Below, piece by piece: positions 9,618 to 19,200 of a stretch of 64,000 bases of DNA. Position 1 is the stretch's first letter, and every line of letters starts with the position of its first letter. The position numbers and the translations under genes are program-made. Source of the DNA: Eubacteriales bacterium (GTDB lineage: Bacteria; Bacillota; Clostridia; Lachnospirales; Vallitaleaceae); contig JBGZBY010000087.1 in assembly GCA_041844915.1 (NCBI GenBank), forward strand, positions 25,530 through 89,529. The letters are read 5' to 3'. The notes beneath the pieces were generated by a model, which was not told where the DNA came from, did not search any database, and saw only the letters and a program-made list of their open reading frames with translations.

Positions 9618-10826
9618 TTGAAAAATTGTAAAAAGCAGATTTGTTGGGGGATAGTGGGAGCACTTCTTTTTTTAGCGCTTTTTGGAGAGTCTGTTGGAGC
9701 AAAAACACTAAATAATGATACGGAAATCCGACAATTTTATGAAAGTCAAATGCAGGAAAAGGACTATAAAGTCGCTAAGGCAATTATCCGAAAAATCGAA
9801 TACGACGATACTGCGGAAATACGCAAAGATGTGCCAATAGAAGCAGACATTCGGTATCAGCATTTGGTATTGGAGATTTTAACGGGGGAGCATCGGTCGG
9901 AAGTGCTGACGGTTCGTCATACCATTGAAATGATTATGCCGGGAAATTATATATTTAAAGAAAACGATAAGGTATTGCTTCGCTTAACGGAAAATGCAGA
10001 GCATGAAATAGAAACTGTTAAAATTGAAGAGAGAGTTCGAGATTTTTCGATTTATGTTATTATTTTATTATTTGCGATATTTATGATTTTGGTTGGAAGA
10101 AAGCAGGGAATAAAAGCGCTGCTGTCATTGATGGCGACGATTTTATTGATCTTTTTTGTATATATTCCGATGATTTTAAAGGGCATCCCGCCCTTGCTTT
10201 TATCCATAATCATTTCAGCAGCGGCGATTGCCATAACGCTGGCAATTATCAGCGGCAGGCATAAAAAAACAGGGGTGGCCATTTTAGGTACGATCAGCGG
10301 AGTGTTGGTGGCCGGTTTTTTGGCGGTTGTTTTTGGAGAATTAGGAAAGCTGACGGGATTGGCTGCGGATACGGCGATTAGCTTGGCATATATACCGCAT
10401 TTTCGCTGGCTTGATTATAAAGGGCTTTTGTTTGGAACTATCATCATTGGTTCGATTGGGGCGGTGATGGATGTAGCGCTGTCTATTGCCTCTTCTATGT
10501 GGGAAATTTGGGAATTAAATCCCGAAATCTCAGCAAAAAAACTGATTCAATCTGGTATGAATATCGGGCGGGATATTATGGGCTCTATGTCAAATACGCT
10601 GATATTGGCTTATGTAGGAACATCGCTTCATTTGATTATTTTGTTTATGGTTTATAATATCAGTTTTACAGAAATTATGAATTATGATTCGGTCAATTCT
10701 GAGATATTAAGAGCTATGGCAGGCAGTATTGGGCTAATGTTTACCATTCCGGCAACGGTTTGGATTTCGGCTGCTATTTATTTGAAGCAGAAAGGAAATC
10801 TCAGAAGGAATAAAAGCAAATTATGA
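9618..10826 (+). CDS. YibE/F family membrane protein
   Basis: IGAVMDVALSIAS, SGMNIGRDIMGSMSNTLILAY and GSIGL motifs; probable TTG start at 9618 after AAGGAG. Confidence 0.9.
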   Translation: MKNCKKQICWGIVGALLFLALFGESVGAKTLNNDTEIRQFYESQMQEKDYKVAKAIIRKIEYDDTAEIRKDVPIEADIRYQHLVLEILTGEHRSEVLTVRHTIEMIMPGNYIFKENDKVLLRLTENAEHEIETVKIEERVRDFSIYVIILLFAIFMILVGRKQGIKALLSLMATILLIFFVYIPMILKGIPPLLLSIIISAAAIAITLAIISGRHKKTGVAILGTISGVLVAGFLAVVFGELGKLTGLAADTAISLAYIPHFRWLDYKGLLFGTIIIGSIGAVMDVALSIASSMWEIWELNPEISAKKLIQSGMNIGRDIMGSMSNTLILAYVGTSLHLIILFMVYNISFTEIMNYDSVNSEILRAMAGSIGLMFTIPATVWISAAIYLKQKGNLRRNKSKL

Positions 10827-11087
10827 TAAAGAAGCAGTAAGGCGAGTGATATAAAAAGCGGATAAGCCCATAAAATATTTGGCGATGTCAAAGCAGAGCT
10901 TTGCTTTGGATTTTAAAAATATGAGAAAAAGCCTTCTGTATATTGTATTATAAAGATAGGGCAGGCTTTTGAAAGAGTAAGAAGTTGAAAAAAGCAAATT
11001 ATAAAAGAAATTGCAGGAAATAATGCAAAAGCGGTTTTATTTGGAATTGGTGCGATGAAAACTGGCTTGGAATAAAAAGGAGAAATT

Positions 11088-12371
11088 ATGAGAGATTTAC
11101 AGAATTTTTTTGAATATATGCAAAAAGCGACTGTAGCGGTGTGTACGGTCGAGGAAACGAAAAAAACACTTGGACAGGCGGGATTTGAACCTTTGGATAT
11201 AACAGCAGAATGGAACTTGCAGGCAGGACGAGGCTATTATGTGCAGAGCTCGCCTTCCATGTTGCTGGCATTTAAAACGGCGGCAAGCGGCGAATACGAA
11301 GCGCTTAGAATCGTCGGCGCACATACCGATAATCCGGCACTTAAGATTAAGCCGGCGCCGGAGATAGATACAGACGGGTATCGCCGCTTGAATATTGAGG
11401 TGTATGGAGCGCCGATTTTTCATAGCTGGTTTGATCGCCCGCTTAGTATCGCCGGTATGGTGGCGCTGCGCAGCAGTCGTCCGCTGTCACCGGAAATAAG
11501 AATTGTTGATTTTCAAAGACCGCTTTTGACCTTGCCGGCTTTGGCCATTCATATGAACCGAGAAGTCAATAAGGGAGGGGAAATCAAGCCACAAAAGGAG
11601 ATGCTGCCTTTGATTGCTACGGTAAAGGACGGTATGCAGAAGGAGGGTTATTTGCTGCGCCTGTTGGCGGAGGAATTGCAGGTGGAAGCGGCGGAGATTT
11701 TGGACTTTGATCTGTTTGTCTATTGTGCGGAAAAAGGGCAGCTGGTAGGAGCGGAGGAAGAATTGATTTCCTGTCCGAGAATTGACGATACGTCGATGGT
11801 TTATGCAGCCATGCAGGCGCTGATCGCCGGAGAGCCTAAGACCGGCATAGCTGCGGCGCTTTTTGTTGATCATGAAGAAATCGGCAGTATGAGCAGACAG
11901 GGAGCGGATTCGATGAATTTTAGCTGGCTGCTGGAAAAAATGCGGCAGGGCCTGAATATTGAGCAGCCGGCGTGGAGCAGCTGTCTGCTCCGTTCCTTCT
12001 TTATTTCGGCGGACGGCGCACATGCCTGCCATCCGGCTTATGCGGAAAAATGTGATCCGACCAACCGACCGAAAATCAATCAAGGCATTGTGATAAAATT
12101 AAGCGGCAATAAGGCGTATGCCTCGGAAGCTTTTAGCGCGGGGGCATTGCAGCAGGTCTGCGATTTGGCGGGAGTTTCCTATCAAAAATTTGTGAATCAC
12201 GCAGATGTTCCGGGCGGCAGGACAATTGGCTCTTTGATCAGTAAGTATCTGCCGGTTCCGATTGTCGATACGGGATTGCCGATGTTGGCGATGCATTCGG
12301 CCAGAGAGCTTGCCGGAAAGCAGGATATGGAGGATATGATTAAGATGATGACCACTTTTTACAGCGTATAG
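11088..12371 (+). CDS. M18 family (aspartyl) aminopeptidase
   Basis: GAHTD, WFDRPLS, RIDD, DHEEIGS, SADGAH and LAMHSARE motifs. Confidence 0.92.
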   Translation: MRDLQNFFEYMQKATVAVCTVEETKKTLGQAGFEPLDITAEWNLQAGRGYYVQSSPSMLLAFKTAASGEYEALRIVGAHTDNPALKIKPAPEIDTDGYRRLNIEVYGAPIFHSWFDRPLSIAGMVALRSSRPLSPEIRIVDFQRPLLTLPALAIHMNREVNKGGEIKPQKEMLPLIATVKDGMQKEGYLLRLLAEELQVEAAEILDFDLFVYCAEKGQLVGAEEELISCPRIDDTSMVYAAMQALIAGEPKTGIAAALFVDHEEIGSMSRQGADSMNFSWLLEKMRQGLNIEQPAWSSCLLRSFFISADGAHACHPAYAEKCDPTNRPKINQGIVIKLSGNKAYASEAFSAGALQQVCDLAGVSYQKFVNHADVPGGRTIGSLISKYLPVPIVDTGLPMLAMHSARELAGKQDMEDMIKMMTTFYSV

Positions 12372-12401
12372 GGATTAATTTTCTTAATTTCAGGAAAAAG
12401 A

Positions 12402-12430
12402 CTTGAAAGCCACCGGAAAATAACATATAA
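12402..12430 (+). promoter_or_regulatory. Sigma-A promoter upstream of the DegV gene
   Basis: TTGAAA-17 bp-TATAAT. Confidence 0.55.
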
Positions 12431-12619
12431 TATCGAAGTAATAGAAAATGATTTGGTTCTCCCATATTTTTTATATAGCGGATAAGTATGTTTTTCATCG
12501 GTTTGAGGAAAAGCTGCTTTAAAAGGAACGGGAAGAGCCTTAGGGAGCGGAGGATCGTTTAAGGGAAACGGTCTTACGAACCTTAGAATAAATTCAGTCC
12601 TCGTTATAAGGAGTAAGAT

Positions 12620-13453
12620 ATGGCATATAAAATCGTAGCAGACAGCAGTTGTGATATTACTGACAAGATGAAAAGAGAAATGGGCGTCACCTTGGTTCCG
12701 CTGACACTGGAGGTTGACGGAGAGTTTTTTGTCGATGATGAAGCGATGGATGTCGATGCATTCCTGAAGCGGCAAATGGCATCCAAGACGGTTTCCAAAT
12801 CGGCATGTCCTTCGCCTGAGGCATATATGGAATCGTACAAGGGCGAGGCGGAAATCTTTTGCGTTACGCTTTCGTCTAAGCTAAGTGGCAGCTATGCGTC
12901 GGCTGTGCTGGCGAAGGAGCTGTATTTGGAGGAAAACCCGCCTAAAAAGATTCATGTCTTTGACAGCAAGGGAGCATCCTCTACGGAGGTAGCGATCGCC
13001 TTTAAGCTGGAGGAACTGATAAAAAAAGGCTTATCTTTTGAGCAGATTGTGGAAAAAACGGAAAAATATATTGCCGGGTTAAAAACGGTCTTTGTTCTGC
13101 AAAAATTGGATAATTTAGAAAAATCCGGACGGCTTAGTCTGATTCAAAGCAAAATAGCCAGCGTGCTGAACATCAATTTGATTCTGGGCAGCAATGACGG
13201 CGAGATTGAGCTTTTGCAAAAGGCGAGAGGAGTAAAAAAGGCGATAGAAAAAATGGTAGGTATGATTGCCGAGCTGGGCGGTGATGTAACGGAAAAACGG
13301 CTGATTATTGCCCATTGTCAGGCAGCAGAATATGCCAAGCTGGCGATGGATAAGGCAAAGGAATTGTATAATTTTAAAGACATCATTGTGGTTGCTACCA
13401 GAGGCTTAAGCTCCAATTATGCCAATTCCGGCGGCTTGATTTTGGCGTTTTAA
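12620..13453 (+). CDS. DegV family fatty-acid-binding protein
   Basis: KIVADSSCD, SACPS, LSSKLSGSY and NLEKSGR motifs. Confidence 0.93.
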   Translation: MAYKIVADSSCDITDKMKREMGVTLVPLTLEVDGEFFVDDEAMDVDAFLKRQMASKTVSKSACPSPEAYMESYKGEAEIFCVTLSSKLSGSYASAVLAKELYLEENPPKKIHVFDSKGASSTEVAIAFKLEELIKKGLSFEQIVEKTEKYIAGLKTVFVLQKLDNLEKSGRLSLIQSKIASVLNINLILGSNDGEIELLQKARGVKKAIEKMVGMIAELGGDVTEKRLIIAHCQAAEYAKLAMDKAKELYNFKDIIVVATRGLSSNYANSGGLILAF

Positions 13454-13653
13454 CCCGAGAAAGCCGCAGATTGGGGAAAACCTCCGGCAGCGGCTGGCGA
13501 TATGGATTAAGAGCGCAGTGCCGGTGACATGAGATGTATTTGGCGAAGAAAACAAAAAAGGTAACAAACAGCAGGTCAGAAGAAATCGCCTTGCCTATTT
13601 AAAACAAAGTTTTAGGTAGTCTGGGCTTTTCTTTTGAAAATTTGAGGTAAAAA

Positions 13654-15873
13654 ATGAGCAGAGATATGGGATTAAACAAAGAGCAGAGAGAAGCCGTTTT
13701 ACATACGGAGGGACCGTTATTATTGCTAGCTGGGGCAGGATCCGGCAAGACTAAGGTATTGACGCATCGAATTGCTTACTTAATTGAAGAAAAAAAGGTA
13801 AAGCCATGGAATATCATGGCGATTACCTTTACCAACAAAGCAGCTAAGGAGATGCGTGAGAGAATTGATCGCTTGGTTGGCGAAGCGGCGGTTGATATTT
13901 GGGTCAGCACCTTTCACAGCAGTTGTGTTCGGATATTGCGGAGATATGCCGAGGCTGTCGGCTTTGAGCGGAGCTTTAGTATCTATGATACGGAGGATGC
14001 TAAGAAACTGATTAAAGAAGTGCTAAAGGAGATGAATATTGATTCCAAAGCACTGTCAGAGTCCTATGTGGCAAATTTGATCAGCTCTGCCAAAAACCGT
14101 AAGCTGACCCCGCCGGAGCTGGCAAGGGAGGTCAGAGGGGATTTCCGGCAGGAGATGGCGGCCAGAGTCTATGAGGGCTATCAAAAAAAGCTCCATGACA
14201 GCAACGCTATGGACTTTGACGATTTGCTGATGATTACTGTTGAATTGTTGGAAGCGAATCCCGATATTCTGGAGATTTATCAGGAAAAATTTCGCTATAT
14301 TATGGTCGATGAGTATCAGGATACCAATGGCGTGCAGTTTGAGCTGGTGAGCCTATTGGCGGCAAAATATAAAAATTTATGCGTGGTCGGCGATGACGAT
14401 CAGTCAATCTATGCCTTTCGCGGTGCGGATATTACCAATATTTTAAATTTTGAGGAGGTGTATCCGCAGGCCAGAGTGATTCGCTTGGAGCAGAATTATC
14501 GTTCCACCAAGAATATTTTAGCGGCGGCCAATGCCGTTATTGCCAATAATCAGAGCCGGAAGGCGAAGGCTCTTTGGACGGAAAATATTGACGGCAGCCG
14601 ATTGAAGTACAAAAGAGCGGAAAACGAAAGGGAAGAAGCGGACTTTGTCGTTAAGGAGATTCAAAAGAGCTGTAAGGGGAGTCGGGCATATAATGATTTT
14701 GCAGTTCTCTATCGCACCAATGCCCAATCCAGAAGCGTGGAAGAAGCCTTGGTAAAAGCCAATATCCCCTATACTCTAATCGGCGGAGTAGCCTTTTATC
14801 AGCGCAAGGAGATAAAAGACATCATCGCCTATTTGAGAGTGATCAATAATCCGAGGGACGGCGTTTCCTTCCTGCGGATTATCAATGAGCCAAGGCGCGG
14901 GATTGGCGATAAGAGCATAGAGCTGCTGCAAAAAATTGCACTGGAAAAGGGCTGCTCGCTCCTAGAGGCAGCAGGGCTGTGTCAAGGTGGTAGCTTTCGC
15001 GGAGCGTCTGCTGTATATGATTTTTATGAGCTTATGCAATATTTGAAGGCAAAGCTGGAAGAAGGAATTGCCTTGGAGGACTGGATAAGGCTGGTATTGG
15101 AAAAAACTAAGTATACTGCGGAGTTGTTAAAGGAAGGAACGCCGGAAAGCCTTGGTAGGATTGATAATATCAACGAATTGATTTCCAAAGCCAAGGAATA
15201 TGCCGCTCAGAACGCGGAACCGACATTAAACGGCTTTTTGGAGGAGGTTGCTTTGGTTGCGTCAGTAGATACCTTGGAGGAAAATGTGAAAAAGGTGGTT
15301 CTGATGACGATACATTCCGCCAAGGGGTTGGAATTTCCGGTTGTTTTCATGATCGGTATGGAAGAAAATCTGTTTCCCAGCTATATGAGCGTTAGCTCTG
15401 GTATTGAGAAAGATGTTGAGGAAGAAAGAAGGCTGGCCTATGTTGGGATTACCAGAGCAAAGGAGGAGCTGTTTTTGACCAATGCCAAGGAAAGACTGAT
15501 GTATGGAAAAACACAGATTAATCCAAAATCTCGATTTTTAAAGGAAATTCCGCTGGAGTATTTGGAGGAAATCGTTGCGGAAAGGGAAAAGACGCCACTC
15601 TTTGCAGTGGAAAACAAAGCCGGCAGGGATTTTGGCAGAAGTAAGGTAGTAATGAACCGTAAGCCCTATGCTACGGGCAAATCGGAGTTGCCGTCGCCGC
15701 AGCAAAAAACGCTGGATTTTGGCGTAGGCGATTTGGTTAAGCACAGCAAATACGGCGTCGGCAAGGTGCTGTCAATTGAAAGCGGCGGAGCCGATTATCA
15801 AGTGAAGGTGCTGTTTCCTGGGCATGGCGAAAAAAAGCTGCTGGCACTTTTGGCAAAGCTGCAAAAAGCATAG
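13654..15873 (+). CDS. pcrA: ATP-dependent DNA helicase PcrA
   Basis: AGAGSGKT, DEYQDTN, VGDDDQSIY, LEQNYRS, MTIHSAKGLEF, EERRLAYVGITRA and a C-terminal Tudor-like domain. Confidence 0.96.
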   Translation: MSRDMGLNKEQREAVLHTEGPLLLLAGAGSGKTKVLTHRIAYLIEEKKVKPWNIMAITFTNKAAKEMRERIDRLVGEAAVDIWVSTFHSSCVRILRRYAEAVGFERSFSIYDTEDAKKLIKEVLKEMNIDSKALSESYVANLISSAKNRKLTPPELAREVRGDFRQEMAARVYEGYQKKLHDSNAMDFDDLLMITVELLEANPDILEIYQEKFRYIMVDEYQDTNGVQFELVSLLAAKYKNLCVVGDDDQSIYAFRGADITNILNFEEVYPQARVIRLEQNYRSTKNILAAANAVIANNQSRKAKALWTENIDGSRLKYKRAENEREEADFVVKEIQKSCKGSRAYNDFAVLYRTNAQSRSVEEALVKANIPYTLIGGVAFYQRKEIKDIIAYLRVINNPRDGVSFLRIINEPRRGIGDKSIELLQKIALEKGCSLLEAAGLCQGGSFRGASAVYDFYELMQYLKAKLEEGIALEDWIRLVLEKTKYTAELLKEGTPESLGRIDNINELISKAKEYAAQNAEPTLNGFLEEVALVASVDTLEENVKKVVLMTIHSAKGLEFPVVFMIGMEENLFPSYMSVSSGIEKDVEEERRLAYVGITRAKEELFLTNAKERLMYGKTQINPKSRFLKEIPLEYLEEIVAEREKTPLFAVENKAGRDFGRSKVVMNRKPYATGKSELPSPQQKTLDFGVGDLVKHSKYGVGKVLSIESGGADYQVKVLFPGHGEKKLLALLAKLQKA

Positions 15874-15886
15874 AAGATATACATTG

Positions 15887-15929
15887 AAAATATTGACCTT
15901 TCAAAAAAATGGCGAAGGGTCAATATTTT
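15887..15929 (+). terminator. Intrinsic terminator after pcrA
   Basis: AAAATATTGACCTTT...GAAGGGTCAATATTTT hairpin followed by a T-rich tract. Confidence 0.7.
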
Positions 15930-15951
15930 TATTTTATTTAAAAGAAAAATA

Positions 15952-15989
15952 CAAATGAGATTGACTTTCATTTGCAGTTGGAATATAAT
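15952..15989 (+). promoter_or_regulatory. Sigma-A promoter of the S8 protease, overlapped by a Fur-family-like palindrome
   Basis: TTGACT(15961)-17 bp-TATAAT(15984); CAAATGAGA-TTGAC-TTTCATTTG dyad centred on the -35 box. Confidence 0.6.
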
Positions 15990-16299
15990 AACAACTAAAG
16001 GCCTTTTAAAAATAGTGAAAAAAATGACTTAATTTTAAAAATGTTTTCTTAGGTGGTATGAAAAATCCCATATCCGGCAATGCATTAATCCGGGTAGAAA
16101 GAAAAATCCCATAAAGCAGGGAAAACAGAGGTGTTCTATTTCTTTCTGAAAGGGAGATAAGCCAAAAGGGATTGCCGCAGCAAAAAACAGGAAAAAATTT
16201 AAGTTGTTTACGAAAAAAATAACAAGACTTATGTTATTGGGATTTGATACATAAGAAATATTGATTTGTTAAAACTATAGAAAAGGAGAATGCGATGCA

Positions 16300-19200
16300 A
16301 TGAAAAAAATAATCTTAAAAAGAATAATGGCTTTTTTACTTTGTTTTGCTCTACTGTTTGGCAGTTTTCCAGAACTGCGGGCAGCGGACAATTTGGTGCA
16401 GAATTTACCAGAAAATAATACGGAACCGGAAAAATATCCATTAATAGAAGCCTTTCTTAATCAGCAGTTAAAGATAGCAGAAGAGAATGCGAATGACATT
16501 TATGTATTGGAATTTGAAACAGGAAAAAAATCGGAAATTCTTAAACAACTGGAGAAAGTGGAAGGACTAACAATCAGATATGATTACGATACGATTTTTG
16601 AAGGAGTATCGGTTTTGGTTCCCAATCGGAAGCTGGAGGAAATAAGGAATATCAGCGGGATTAAGAATATTCAAAAAAATGGCAGTTTTGTTCCTCAAGC
16701 AATGAATGCCAGCGAATTGACGAAGGTTGCAGAAGCAGCTCAATATAATAATACGGTTTTATTTCCGCAGGAGGAAGGCAAGAAATTCGATGGCAGAGGT
16801 ACAATTATAGCAATTATTGATTCTGGAATTAATATCAATCATCCGGCTATGCAGATTGATGAAGAAGCAAAACCTTATGTAAAAATAAAAGAATCTGAAA
16901 TAAAAGAAGGATTTAGCCTTAAAGTACCAAGAGGATTTAATTATCTTGGGGGCAGCTATGACCTCTTAGAAAGGCTGCCAAGTATTCATGGACTACATGT
17001 AGCGGGGATTGCGGCAGGAAATGATCCGGCGGGATTTAAAGGGGTTGCACCGAATGCGCAGATTTTTATGTATCGCGTTTTTTCGGATCGCCGTTATAAA
17101 AAGCCGGAATATAATTTAGAAATTGATAATTACGAGTTTGGCGGAGATGATGCGGTTTATCATGCGATGGAGGACGCAGTAGAAAATGGCGCAGATGTTA
17201 TCAGCATGAGCATAGGTAGACCGGGCGGCGGTTATATTGGCGATATTTATTATAATGCAGTAAAAAATGCTACGGAAAAGGGTGTTGCGGTGGTAGCGGC
17301 AATTGGTAATTACAGTTCGTCGGCCTCGTCTAATACTTATGATAATAGCCCGAACAATGCGCTTAATTTAACAGATACTTCGGCTATGACCTATATTGCT
17401 GGCGTGAATCAAACACTGTCCGTTGGCTCCACAGTCAATACTAAGATTTCGCTGGGGAAACTAAAAATAAATGATAGGGAATTCGGCTATGCTTTTTTAG
17501 GCACATCAGAAAAGAATAAGCCATTGTTTAAAGCGGGAGAGTACGAGCTGGTTTATGTGGGACATGGCAGAAAAAGCGCGTTTAACAATAAGGATTTAAA
17601 TGGAAAAATTGCGCTGGCATTTCGCGATGGGAATAAAATTGTCGATAAAATTAAAGAAGCAGCAGAAAAAGGGGCAAAAGGATTTATTTTAATAAATGCG
17701 CCGACCCATTATAGTCGGGATCGTTACCGCAACCAGCCATCCATTAGCTATGAAGTGGATCGGGAGATGACCGCAGTGGTTGAAGATCAAAATATATGGG
17801 CAATCAGTATATCGGGAAATGATGGAAAAATACTAAAAGAAATGATGGGACAAAATGCGAAAATGAATTTTGATTTTCCAAATGAAAAAATATCCCATCA
17901 TTTGGCGGAAGAAATTAGAATGTCAGGATTTAGCGGTTGGGGTCCCAATGCGGAACTAGAACTCAAGCCAGAAGTTGTTGCACCGGGTGAAGCAGTATAT
18001 TCTTGCTTTAATCATGGGAAATACGGCTTTATGTCCGGCACATCTATGTCAACTCCGCATGTGGCTGGAATTAGCGCGCTTTTGAGAGAAAAAGTAAAAG
18101 ATTTAACGGATAAAAAGGAAATAGCGAAAAATTTGGGGAAAAGTGCCATCAATAAAATTTTGCTGATGAATACCGCACAACCGTTAAAAGAGCTGCTGCC
18201 AGAGATTTCAGAGCTTGAAGTTTCACCGCGGCGGCAAGGAGCAGGTTTTGTACAAGTAGATGCGGCGCTGAAAAATAATGTTATTGTCACACATAATAAC
18301 ATCGCTTCTGTGGCTTTAAAGGAAATAAAAGGGAATACGACTTCCTTTGAATTGCGCCTGGATAATTTTTCGGATAAGCAGCAGGCATTTCGCCTTCAAT
18401 TTGGAAAGGTGCTGGGGGAAACGCAGATAGCCGTTGAAAAGGACGATACCTATACCGGCAGAGAAGAAGGAGAATTGGAGGATTATGTTAAAACCGCTCA
18501 AGTAAATGAAACACATTCCAGAGAAATTGGAAATGCGAAGATTTTTGGTGATAAGTCAGAAGTAGAAATTCCGGCAGGGCAAAGCGCTACAGTTAAGGTT
18601 ACATTAAATACAGGAAATAGCCAAAATGAATTTGTGGAAGGTTTTATTTATTTTGTTTCCAAAAACAAGGAGGATAATCCTGATTTGAGTATTCCATATT
18701 TTGGATATAAAGGGGATTGGGATAGCGGAAAAATCATAGATTCGCCCAGCTGGGAAAAGGATTCCCTTACCAAACTGACGACTGTTATGGCGACCAAGCC
18801 GGTAGGACATGATGAAGAGCCGCAGTATTTTGAATTGGGAAAGGAAAATGGTGTAATTGATCCAAGCAAAATAGCTTTCACCAATGACCCGTTGAACACA
18901 TTTTTGATGAGAGAAGTAATTGCCCGAGTAATTACGCTAAGAGAAGCAAAAGATTTTGAAGTTAGTATTTTAAATGAACAAAAGCAACATATTCGTACAT
19001 TGTCAACTTCCCATTATTACCGAAAATTAATTAATAATCTGCAATATGAAAATAGTTGGCATAACAAAGAAAAAATTCAAAAACCGAATTTGCTGTTTTC
19101 TTGGAACGGTCAAATCTACGATAAGAAAAGCGGGGAACTAAAAGCGGCGCCAGAAGGGCAGTATTATTACCGAGTGCGGGCAAAAGTCAGAACAGATGCT

